Source: Candidatus Cloacimonadales bacterium
GTDB taxonomy: Bacteria; Cloacimonadota; Cloacimonadia; Cloacimonadales; JAIOQZ01
Direction: 5' to 3'
Length of the DNA stretch: 64,000 nucleotides
NCBI GenBank assembly: GCA_963662655.2
Contig: CAXXTU010000002.1
Location: 1,376,001-1,440,000 of the forward strand
A program made the translations under genes and the position numbers. The notes beneath the pieces were generated by a model. The model saw nothing but the letters and a program-made list of their open reading frames with translations, was not told the DNA's origin and searched no databases. Numbering within the stretch: the first letter of the stretch is position 1; each line of letters starts with the position of its first letter. Of this stretch, positions 28,221 to 36,660 are shown piece by piece.

Positions 28221-28254
28221 AAGAGCGAGCCCTCAACGGGCTCGCTCTTTTTTT
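28221..28254 (+). terminator. Intrinsic terminator
   Basis: AAGAGCGAGCCC-TCAAC-GGGCTCGCTCTT followed by a T-tract. Confidence 0.9.
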
Positions 28255-28266
28255 ATCCCCGCGCAC

Positions 28267-28465
28267 CATCCCGGAGTCAGCGCCATTCCCGCGGGGGCGG
28301 CGGCGTAAAGCCCGACCATCCTTCACGTTGCGCGACAGCCTATTGGTCTTCACCGCCGAGTCACTTTCGCCCATGAATTGCCGAGGGCTTTTGCAAGGTT
28401 CGTGAACCTTGCCGTGCGCGAAGCGCACACGCCGCCGCCGCCGCTGCGTCGGGCAGACATCCCGG
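28267..28465. repeat. Structured intergenic element B, related to element A in opposite orientation
   Basis: GGCGGCGGCGT/ACGCCGCCGCC outer stem; AAAGCCC/GGGCTTT; GCAAGGTTC-GT-GAACCTTGC; GTGCGC-GAA-GCGCAC; flanked by a CATCCCGG direct repeat. Confidence 0.8.
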
Positions 28466-28481
28466 TGTACGGTACCCGCAT

Positions 28482-28509
28482 AAAAAAAGCCCCGCATTAA
28501 CAACGGGGC
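28482..28509 (-). terminator. Intrinsic terminator of the lipoprotein gene
   Basis: GCCCCG/CGGGGC stem with A7 on the + strand. Confidence 0.8.
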
Positions 28510-28531
28510 ATATCGAAATCAGAATAATGCT

Positions 28532-29359
28532 CTATTGAAGATCAAGAATCATGTTCGCCAATTTCTTCATGTGGCTGATTTTCTCTTCGCGGGTCACCTC
28601 GCCGCAGCCGTACATATTGGACGCATACCATGATGTTGCCGTGTAAATAAGCGCTGAGCCGCTAAGGACATAGTTCAAGGAAGTCACCCCATACGAAAGT
28701 GACAGGTAGTTTTCTCGCTCTGCGCCAAAATCACTTACGCAGTTTGCCGGGAACGTGAAGGTACGGTCATCCACACCAAGTTCCTTGTAGTACTCGTCTT
28801 CATTGACCAAGTCATAGGTATCGTAGTTCCAAAGTTCGCTGTACGCGCTTGCAATCTGATGCTGGTTATTGCCATCGAGCGTCCAGCTGAAAACAACAGG
28901 TTCATCAACGCCGGTTACGGTATAAGGCGCATCCCAAGAAGCAAAATAAAGCCCTGTGATTGTTTCGGCAATCGTTTTGGTATACGTCACGCTGCCATTT
29001 TCAGAGAGCTCGTACGTGTAAGAAATCTCATATTCCTCTCCAGGAGTAAAGCCTGCTTCATAGGTATATGCAGCGTAGTTCAAACCACTCCAGCCTGAGA
29101 TATTCGTAACTTCCACACCATTTACAGCCAATGTGTGCTCATATGTGCCTGTGAAAGTATAGGGATTGGCAATTTCTTCAGAAATGGAAATGGTAACTTC
29201 GTCGCTACGATAATCGTGGTTTCCGACATAAATCAGAAAGTCGACTTCGTCCATCTGATTCATGATATTGGTAATCGAATTGTCCTTATCGTCATCATCG
29301 CTGCAACCAATGATCATCAATGCTGCTAATGCTAAAATGAGTAAAAGAAAACGTTTCAT
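28532..29359 (-). CDS. Hypothetical lipoprotein
   Basis: GGAGG RBS; lipobox IIGC followed by SDDDD; lower GC; own TTGACA-N16-AATAAT promoter. Confidence 0.82.
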   Translation of the reverse strand: MKRFLLLILALAALMIIGCSDDDDKDNSITNIMNQMDEVDFLIYVGNHDYRSDEVTISISEEIANPYTFTGTYEHTLAVNGVEVTNISGWSGLNYAAYTYEAGFTPGEEYEISYTYELSENGSVTYTKTIAETITGLYFASWDAPYTVTGVDEPVVFSWTLDGNNQHQIASAYSELWNYDTYDLVNEDEYYKELGVDDRTFTFPANCVSDFGAERENYLSLSYGVTSLNYVLSGSALIYTATSWYASNMYGCGEVTREEKISHMKKLANMILDLQ

Positions 29360-29473
29360 AGTAACCTCCATACGTAATATATTCATTATTGAACGGTAAA
29401 TCATTCTGTCAAGCTTTTCGGGAATGGCATTATCCCGCAATAGACGTATGATATCTATCTTGAATGAGTTCGA

Positions 29474-29617
29474 TTACTTGAGATATTTGTTGTAATAGAT
29501 GAATCCTGCAGCAGTGCCGATAACGCTTCCAATCAGTTCGGGCATGAATCCGCCGACCAGATTGCCCAGAATGCCCCCGACCATGGCAAACACACTGATG
29601 ACAATCCATTTTCTCAC
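29474..29617 (-). CDS. 47-aa glycine-zipper small membrane protein
   Basis: GTG start; MRKWIVISVFAMVGGILGNLVGGFMPELIGSVIGTAAGFIYYNKYLK; fills the gap just after the upstream stop. Confidence 0.7.
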   Translation of the reverse strand: MRKWIVISVFAMVGGILGNLVGGFMPELIGSVIGTAAGFIYYNKYLK

Positions 29618-29622
29618 AGCAC

Positions 29623-30045
29623 CTACTCTGTAATAAACAATTCAGATTCCTGCCACGGATTCAGCTTGCCGTCGTCCCGTAGAACGGGGACAATATAATA
29701 CTCTCCCGACTCTTCCTGAACGAGAAAATCCAAACGATGCTGCCACTTGAAGTCTTCGCCCCAGATGAGCACGTAAACCTCTTTTCCATCCTGGTCCGCG
29801 ATCGTGTATCCTTCCGGGTCGAAGGAATTGATCCGCACCTTCTCCACATCCACTTCCTTTTCCTTCAGAAATGCCGGCGACAGGTGTTTGACGAGCATGG
29901 AATCTGTAAAAGCGTATGTCTGCATTGCTTGCATGAATTGATCAACACACTCGATTTCCGGTGAGTCTTTGCTGCTCTTGTTTGCGGAGCATGCGGATAA
30001 AATCAGAATCGAAAGCAAAAAAAGAAACCAGGTTGCTTGCCTCAT
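29623..30045 (-). CDS. Hypothetical lipoprotein
   Basis: AAAGGA RBS; lipobox LSAC. Confidence 0.75.
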   Translation of the reverse strand: MRQATWFLFLLSILILSACSANKSSKDSPEIECVDQFMQAMQTYAFTDSMLVKHLSPAFLKEKEVDVEKVRINSFDPEGYTIADQDGKEVYVLIWGEDFKWQHRLDFLVQEESGEYYIVPVLRDDGKLNPWQESELFITE

Positions 30046-30074
30046 GGTGTATCCTTTGATCGAGTTTACGATTT

Positions 30075-31448
30075 TCAGCTCATCTCGCTCTTGCCCATCA
30101 TCCTCGAAGCGCTGAGCGGAGCTTTCTCTCTCACCATCGCACCGATCCTGCGGGAAAACTCGCGTATCTCCCACTGGGCGTGATTATCAGAACGCAATCT
30201 CGAAAAATGATAGAGCTCGCGCAAATTAGCTTTGAAGAGGAACGATACCTCGTGCGCGTTTGTAAGCGCGTAATCACCGAGCAGTCGATTGACGTCACGG
30301 AGCTTTCGCGCAAAATCAGCCGACTCCCCCATCACGTTCTTGAACTGTGTAATCAGCGTACCATCTCCATACGACGGTGGGATTACAAAGCTGTCCAGCC
30401 TGCCGGAGAAGAGAATCGTCGAAGTGCGATGCCGCTTCCACTGCGCGTAGCAGGAGGAAGACGCCTTCACCTGGAACATGAAATCCGCAGCCTCGAAACC
30501 ACGCGGCATCACGCTATAAGGCTTCAGACCCCTGAAAAGGTTCTCGAACGCCACAGCCTTTTCTGCATCGCTCCACGAAACCACGGCCTCGAGCATTACC
30601 CTGTAGTCTCCACCGAGTTCTTCGAACATCACGCCGGCCAGAACCCTTTCGTCGATGTGATCGGATGCATCCACCAGCACAAGCGTCTCTCCGGGAGCCT
30701 GCGAAACAATCGAGGGAATCCTCTCCGGGAGCGTCTTCTCGAAGTCGTCGGAATCGGTGTAGCGTATCAGCGAAGGAGCTATCTCCCTGGCTGCCGCTTC
30801 AAGCTTCTCCTTCAGTTGACGGGCCTCTGCGAGATTCACGCGATCGAGCCTGCGCAACATCCGTTGCAAGCTGCGGCAATTGATGGTCATGCCCATCTGG
30901 CTTTCGGTTGCGAGCGAAAGAACGTAGCGCGCATCTTCCTTCGCTGCGCCGTCCAGTTCACGCTTCTTCCCCTCGAATCCTGCAAGCTGGAGTTGTTCGC
31001 GCTGGGTTTCGAAGAGGTCGAAATAGAGCTGATTCTGTTTCCTGATCAATTCGTGGAACTGCGCTTCGAGTTCAGTTCCTTTAATCTCGTCCGGCGTAAC
31101 GTAATCACCCTCGAGGGTGACGTATCGCTGAGATTTTTCTGTAAAGGAAGCCAGCCTCGTCCGCTGAATCCATTCCGCGAGATAGCGCGAAACGCCAATC
31201 AGATCGAAATTGAATACCGCGTGCTCCGCGACGGAGCTATGCCCCATCTCGAAGATGATGGACTGATTGGACTTTCTGGCGCGATCAACCTCGGCAATCG
31301 CGTCCTTGCGCAATTGAGTGATCCGCTTGGGACTGCGGCTGATTCGGGCGTACGCGGCGGACAGGGTTTCGGGCGTCACGTTGTTGCGATCATCGAGCTG
31401 CTTGCTGATGGACGCGTCAATATTGAAGCCGGCTACCTCAATCTTCAT
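30075..31448 (-). CDS. thyX: Flavin-dependent thymidylate synthase, tandem-domain form
   Basis: MGHSSVAEHA, R.RLASFTEKSQRYV, EDARYVL; second domain with KRHR, NLRELYHF..LR..HAQWEIR. Confidence 0.9.
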   Translation of the reverse strand: MKIEVAGFNIDASISKQLDDRNNVTPETLSAAYARISRSPKRITQLRKDAIAEVDRARKSNQSIIFEMGHSSVAEHAVFNFDLIGVSRYLAEWIQRTRLASFTEKSQRYVTLEGDYVTPDEIKGTELEAQFHELIRKQNQLYFDLFETQREQLQLAGFEGKKRELDGAAKEDARYVLSLATESQMGMTINCRSLQRMLRRLDRVNLAEARQLKEKLEAAAREIAPSLIRYTDSDDFEKTLPERIPSIVSQAPGETLVLVDASDHIDERVLAGVMFEELGGDYRVMLEAVVSWSDAEKAVAFENLFRGLKPYSVMPRGFEAADFMFQVKASSSCYAQWKRHRTSTILFSGRLDSFVIPPSYGDGTLITQFKNVMGESADFARKLRDVNRLLGDYALTNAHEVSFLFKANLRELYHFSRLRSDNHAQWEIREFSRRIGAMVREKAPLSASRMMGKSEMS

Positions 31449-31467
31449 GGAAAACCTTCAACGCCTG

Positions 31468-32250
31468 TTATCTGGAAATATCAACGCTACGGCTCGATCC
31501 GATTCGATTCGCACCGGCCTTGAGCATCATCTCCGCGGTATGACGATCGCGGATGCCGCCGGCAGCCTTCACGCCAACCTTGGGTCCGACAACCTCACGC
31601 ATCAGAGCGACATCGTCAACCAAAGCGCCGGCCGGGCCGAATCCGGTGGATGTCTTAACGAATTCCGCTCCCGCTTTCTTCGCCAGCATGCAACTGATGA
31701 TCTTCTCCGTCTGACTCAGGTAACAAGTCTCAATGATGACCTTGAGGATCGCGTCCCCTTTCTGGCAAGCCTTGGAGACCTGTGCAATGTCTTTCAGCGT
31801 CTCGCGATAATGCTTGGCTTTCAAGCTGCTCAGATCGATAACCATGTCGATCTCGGTCGCGCCCTGTTCGATCGCCTTGCGTGTCTCGAAAACCTTGGTA
31901 TCCGTGAGATTGGCTCCGAGGGGAAATCCGATCACGCTGCAAACCTTCGTTTCATCACCGAGCTGGTAATGTGCCAGCTCCACGTGGCAAGGATTCACGC
32001 AAACCGAGATGAAGCCGTACATGTTCGCTTCGCTGCAGAGGTCTTTGATCTGGTTCGATGTTGCGTCCGCTTTCAGATTGGTATGATCGATGTATTGAGC
32101 CAGATCATTGAAATCGGTAGCAAGCTGATCCGGGTCCTCCGCGCGGCAACGAGGGCATTGCAGGCAAATTTCATGTGCTCCGCCGCAACGGCAGGGCTCC
32201 ACTTTCTTCATCTCGAAGATTTCAATGAACAGGTTCTTGATATTTTCCAT
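31468..32250 (-). CDS. deoC: Deoxyribose-phosphate aldolase
   Basis: IDHTNLK, VIGFPLG, EIDMV, KVIIET, FVKTSTGF, VKAAGGIR, RIGSS. Confidence 0.96.
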   Translation of the reverse strand: MENIKNLFIEIFEMKKVEPCRCGGAHEICLQCPRCRAEDPDQLATDFNDLAQYIDHTNLKADATSNQIKDLCSEANMYGFISVCVNPCHVELAHYQLGDETKVCSVIGFPLGANLTDTKVFETRKAIEQGATEIDMVIDLSSLKAKHYRETLKDIAQVSKACQKGDAILKVIIETCYLSQTEKIISCMLAKKAGAEFVKTSTGFGPAGALVDDVALMREVVGPKVGVKAAGGIRDRHTAEMMLKAGANRIGSSRSVDISR

Positions 32251-32310
32251 ATTTTCCCCAATATCTGTTTGGTTACTTCATTACAGGAAAAATCCTGTAG
32301 TTACACAATG

Positions 32311-33348
32311 TCAAGATTTTCTGACCTCTGGTTTCCTGGCGGTTCCCGCCAATTGCCCGCATGCGGCAGCGATATCCGTGCCCCGGCTTGTCCGGAGGGT
32401 CACAGCAGCGCTCAGGCTGTGCAGCGACTCCGTGAAACGCTTGACTTCTTCATCCTTGGGCGGGTAGAAATCGTAGCCGGGCACCCGGTGATAGGGCAGC
32501 AGGTTGATTTTACAGGATATATCGCCGACAAAAGCTTTCAGCGCTTTGGTGTCTTCTTCACCGGTGTTGAATCCACCGAACATGATGTACTCGAACGTTA
32601 TCCGGTAGGGCGATCTTCTCCTGAAATCCAGAAGCGCTTTTTTAAGCTCTTCCAGCGGGTACATCCGATTGATCGGCATCAGCTTGTCCCGCTTCCAGGA
32701 CAGCGCGGAGTTCAAGGACACCGCCAGTTTGATCTTCAGGCCCGATTGCCCCAGCTTGCGGATTCCCGGAATCACGCCACAGGTAGATATCGTCATCCTG
32801 CGGGGACTGAAACCGATGTCCTCCTGCAGAATCCTGACCGCCTTCACCACGTTATCGTAGTTGTCAAGGGGTTCGCCCATGCCCATGAACACGAGATTCG
32901 TGAGCTTGTCGTCCTTCAGCAAACGCATTGCCAGCAGTACCTGCCCTACGATCTCGGAAGGAAGCAGGTTCCTCGTGAGCCCGAGCCTGGCGGTGGCGCA
33001 AAACGCGCATCCGCGGGAGCAGCCCACTTGGGAGGAGATACAAAGCGTGTTCTTCGTCTCGGTCGGGATCAGCACCATTTCGACATGCGCTTCATCTTCA
33101 AGGAGAAGCAGGTATTTTCTGGTTTTGTCCTGCGAGATGCTTTCCTTGGCAATCTCGGGAAAGCGGCAGGTGTAGTTCTCCGACAGCGCTTTCTTGAGGT
33201 CGGCGGATAGCGTTGTCATCTGCATGAAATCGTCAACGCCCTTCTCGTAGAGCCAGTGCCTGATCTGCTTTACGCGAAATGGCTTAACGCCGTGCGCTTC
33301 GCATAATGAATGCAGCTCGTCAGGGGTCAAATCGATGAAGTGCTTCAT
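32311..33348 (-). CDS. rlmN: 23S rRNA m2A2503 / tRNA radical SAM methyltransferase
   Basis: CISSQVGC...C.FCAT, FMGMGEPL, TFEY, RG.DI.AACGQL. Confidence 0.95.
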   Translation of the reverse strand: MKHFIDLTPDELHSLCEAHGVKPFRVKQIRHWLYEKGVDDFMQMTTLSADLKKALSENYTCRFPEIAKESISQDKTRKYLLLLEDEAHVEMVLIPTETKNTLCISSQVGCSRGCAFCATARLGLTRNLLPSEIVGQVLLAMRLLKDDKLTNLVFMGMGEPLDNYDNVVKAVRILQEDIGFSPRRMTISTCGVIPGIRKLGQSGLKIKLAVSLNSALSWKRDKLMPINRMYPLEELKKALLDFRRRSPYRITFEYIMFGGFNTGEEDTKALKAFVGDISCKINLLPYHRVPGYDFYPPKDEEVKRFTESLHSLSAAVTLRTSRGTDIAAACGQLAGTARKPEVRKS

Positions 33349-34250
33349 TTTCGTTTCGAGCTCAACTGCTGGTATTGCTCAAGCGTCAGGATTTCCGACA
33401 CCTGATCTTCCTGCGAAAGGTAGATGCGCTTGTTATAAATATCGTTCTTGAATACGAGATGCTTCTGCCCGTGGTAGAATACCTCGTCGCCCACTTCGGG
33501 GAAGTCCCTGGAGACCTCCTGATAATACTCTTCCTCGAAGTTCAGGCAGCAAAGCAGGCGTCCGCAGGGACCCGAGATTTTGGACAGATTGCCGGACAGA
33601 TTCTGGTCCTTCGCCATCTTGATGGTAATCTGATTGAAGTGCTTGAGGAATGTCGAGCAGCAGTAGTACTTACCGCACATCCCGATACCTCCGAGCTCCT
33701 TCGCTACGTCGCGCCCGGTTGTCTGGTGCAGCTCGATACGGGTGCGGAAAAAGGCGGCGAGTTCGCGCACGAATTCGCGGAAGTCGACACGCCCATCGGC
33801 GGTGAAGAAGAAGGTAAGTTTGTTTCCGTCGAACTGGTAGACGGTTTTAATGAGCTTCATCTCGAAGGGGTATTTCACGACCATCTCGTTGAAGCGGTCG
33901 GTGGCTTCCTGCTCGTTATCGATTACGTTTTTCAGCTTCTGAAGGTCCGTCTTCGAGGCCTTCCTGATGATGCCTTGCTGGCGCTTGTCATCGGGCGTCT
34001 TCTTGAATTCCTCGATCAGCTTCTCGTTGTGAACGGAGGAGTGCATAACTTTCGCGATGTCGAAACCGCGATCAACCTGCACGATCACCCACATCTCGGG
34101 GTGAATGAAAAAGGTGCCCGGATTGGCGTAGTACGCTATGCGTCCGGAGCGGAACTCCACTTCGACCAGTTCCAGATCCGGGATGTCGATCAGACCTTCG
34201 GTGATATTCTCGGTCACTTCCTCAATACTTTCATTTATCGTATGATCCAT
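33345..34250 (-). CDS. PSP1-domain / RicT(YaaT)-like Fe-S protein
   Basis: FFFTADGRVDFREFVRELA..F.TRIEL.Q, GGIG.CG..CC, KISG.CGRL.CCL.FE. Confidence 0.9.
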   Translation of the reverse strand: MDHTINESIEEVTENITEGLIDIPDLELVEVEFRSGRIAYYANPGTFFIHPEMWVIVQVDRGFDIAKVMHSSVHNEKLIEEFKKTPDDKRQQGIIRKASKTDLQKLKNVIDNEQEATDRFNEMVVKYPFEMKLIKTVYQFDGNKLTFFFTADGRVDFREFVRELAAFFRTRIELHQTTGRDVAKELGGIGMCGKYYCCSTFLKHFNQITIKMAKDQNLSGNLSKISGPCGRLLCCLNFEEEYYQEVSRDFPEVGDEVFYHGQKHLVFKNDIYNKRIYLSQEDQVSEILTLEQYQQLSSKRK

Positions 34251-34288
34251 TGATTCTCCATGTTCGATCTTCTTGCAGGCTGGGCCTG

Positions 34289-35512
34289 TCACGATCGCGT
34301 TTTGTCAAAAACACGCGATTCCAGATTCTTGTAAAGCTCTTTTTCGCACTCGCTTAAATCAAGTTTGCGACGCCCTTTCACCAGCGCTGCCGTTTCCAGA
34401 AACTTTTCGATACGGTATTCTGTCTGCGAATCGCCCGTACCCCAACTGAAATCTGGAACGAAGTCCTTGATAAGCCCAGGACCGTAGAGATTACATCCAA
34501 CTCCGATCACCGTGCCCGTGTTGATAGAGCAATTGATTCCTGTCTTGGCATGGTCGCCGATAACGGCCCCCAAAAAGGTTTCGCCAGAATCGACTTTTTC
34601 ATCGCGTCCGTATACGTACACCTTCACGGTGGAGTAGTTGTTCTTGAGGTCGCTGTTGTTGGTGTCCGCCCCCAGATTGACCCATTCCCCGAGATAGCTG
34701 TGCCCGAGGAAACCCTCGTGCTGCTTGTTTGAATATCCCTGAACAATAACGCCTTCCACCTCGCCGCCTATCTTGCAGACGGGTCCCAACGAGGTGCCTT
34801 CACCGACTCTCGCAACGGCTTTAATTTGCGAATTCTTCCCCACGTAAAGAGGCCCCGTCAGCACGGCGTTGGGATGAATGATCGCGCCTTCGTCTATCAC
34901 GACAGGCCCCTCGGTGGCATCGATCACCACGCCGGGCATGATTTTCGCGTCCTCACCGAGCCAGATGCGGTACGGATTGAGCGTTGTCACGCCGGGCTCG
35001 ACCTCGCAGAACGTCACGTCGTCGTGCAGGAATCGCTCGTAATCCTCGGTGATGTTATCGCCGTTCGCGAGGATGATCTCCCACAGGTAGTTCCACAGAC
35101 ACCGCTCTTCGATTTGCTTATCTTGCAGATCAGCAAAATCGAGGTCCGCCATCGTCACCTCACCGCGGCTCAGTTTACACTTCGCCGCGACGACCCCGTC
35201 CGGGCAGGTGAGTTTTGTGTTTGCAGGCAGGTTTTCGATCAGATCGAGGATGTCGTCGTCCATTCTGAATCTGGAATTGACCATAGTGTATTCACCCGTT
35301 TCAAAAACATTGATCTCCCAGTCCTCGTGCCGTTCCCGGTAGAGCGGAACCAGCGATTCGTCGATCACCACACGATTGATCTCCTCGCCCAGCATCGCGG
35401 TGATTTTTTGACGCTGCTTGAGGATTCCGGTGCGCAGGTCGCCGGTCGACCTGGTAGAGGTAATCGGGAAAAAGTTCTTCCATTTATGATCATCAAAGAT
35501 GATTACTTGCAT
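34289..35512 (-). CDS. GlmU-related sugar nucleotidyltransferase/acetyltransferase
   Basis: P.T.TR...DLR.GI; hexapeptide repeats; SNKQHEGFLGHSYLGEWVNLGADTNNSDLKNNY. Confidence 0.88.
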   Translation of the reverse strand: MQVIIFDDHKWKNFFPITSTRSTGDLRTGILKQRQKITAMLGEEINRVVIDESLVPLYRERHEDWEINVFETGEYTMVNSRFRMDDDILDLIENLPANTKLTCPDGVVAAKCKLSRGEVTMADLDFADLQDKQIEERCLWNYLWEIILANGDNITEDYERFLHDDVTFCEVEPGVTTLNPYRIWLGEDAKIMPGVVIDATEGPVVIDEGAIIHPNAVLTGPLYVGKNSQIKAVARVGEGTSLGPVCKIGGEVEGVIVQGYSNKQHEGFLGHSYLGEWVNLGADTNNSDLKNNYSTVKVYVYGRDEKVDSGETFLGAVIGDHAKTGINCSINTGTVIGVGCNLYGPGLIKDFVPDFSWGTGDSQTEYRIEKFLETAALVKGRRKLDLSECEKELYKNLESRVFDKTRS

Positions 35513-35528
35513 ATATCTCTCCTCGCGG

Positions 35529-36659
35529 TCACGATCTCCCGTGCCACTTGTAAACGTTCAGAATGCCTCGTAATGCCGTTATAACAATGTATATGGGTTG
35601 CAACAGGTACCATATCGGAAAAAACCACATCCGCCGGGTCTCGAACAGAAAACGCTCCATCGCGACCTTGAGAAAATGCCACTCGCCGATCAGCCGCGCG
35701 GCCCAGATGATCAGCGCGACCCGGATGTCGTAGAAAAACATGACGACCGACATCGCATGCATGACCGCAACCGCGGACAGGTATGCGAAGAACTCGGGAT
35801 TCAGGCTCAACTGCGCCTTCAGGTTGGACGCCCAGCGCGAACGCTGATTGAAGAAGCTGCTCATCGAATCGATCGGACGCGTATATACGAAGGTGTGCGC
35901 GTTGGAGGCAAACCGTATTCCCAGGCCGGCATTCCGTATCAACTGCATCAGGTTCACGTCGTCGCCGGACACCAGATGCGCCACGCGCGTAAACCCGCCA
36001 ACCCTGTCATACGCACTGCGGCGGTACGCGAGATTCTGTCCGGAGCATGAAAACGCGTTCCCGGCTCCGATCGCTCCCGCAGCCGCGGCAAAGATCGCGA
36101 ACACGTCGAAATACTCGTACTTCTGAACAAAAGATGCCTTCTTCCAGTCGAGAATCTTGGGACGTGAATAACCCGCAACCAAGTCAACGCCATCCTCAAA
36201 GCACGCGACCATGCTTTCGATCCAGAAACGCGAGACAACGCAATCCGCATCCGTAGTGAGGACGATCTCTCCACTGCATGCCTCGATCGCCTGCGTCAGC
36301 GCGTTTTTCTTGGGGGAACGGGCCTTCTCCCGATCCTGCACCGAAAGATGAATCACATGATCCCACTTCTCGCAGAACAGCCTGACCTTCTCCGCGGTGT
36401 CGTCCGTCGACTGGTCGTCCGCGATGATAATCTGGTAGCGCTCTTGCGGATAACTCTGATTGACCAGTGACGTGAGTAGCATCTGGATGTTCCTGCCTTC
36501 GTTGCGCGCCGCCACCACGACGGAGACCATCGGCTTCGTGTATGATTCGCCGGACTTCAGAGACATCAGGCCCTTGCGGAATCGCATGGTGTAAAGCACA
36601 TATACGGCAATGGATATCAGGCTCAGCGCCTGAAGTATCGTCGCGGTCGATATTGTCAT
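35529..36659 (-). CDS. GT2 glycosyltransferase
   Basis: SVVVAARNE, DD.STD, TTDADC, SGDD, QRSRW; terminal TM helices. Confidence 0.9.
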   Translation of the reverse strand: MTISTATILQALSLISIAVYVLYTMRFRKGLMSLKSGESYTKPMVSVVVAARNEGRNIQMLLTSLVNQSYPQERYQIIIADDQSTDDTAEKVRLFCEKWDHVIHLSVQDREKARSPKKNALTQAIEACSGEIVLTTDADCVVSRFWIESMVACFEDGVDLVAGYSRPKILDWKKASFVQKYEYFDVFAIFAAAAGAIGAGNAFSCSGQNLAYRRSAYDRVGGFTRVAHLVSGDDVNLMQLIRNAGLGIRFASNAHTFVYTRPIDSMSSFFNQRSRWASNLKAQLSLNPEFFAYLSAVAVMHAMSVVMFFYDIRVALIIWAARLIGEWHFLKVAMERFLFETRRMWFFPIWYLLQPIYIVITALRGILNVYKWHGRS

Positions 36660-36660
36660 G

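Noticed and set aside
31318..33210. 630-aa + strand ORF spanning deoC and rlmN, and similar long antisense ORFs (30180-31523, 1594-2514, 20550-21641, 51124-52179)
   Set aside because: Antisense to well-supported genes and with no recognisable domains
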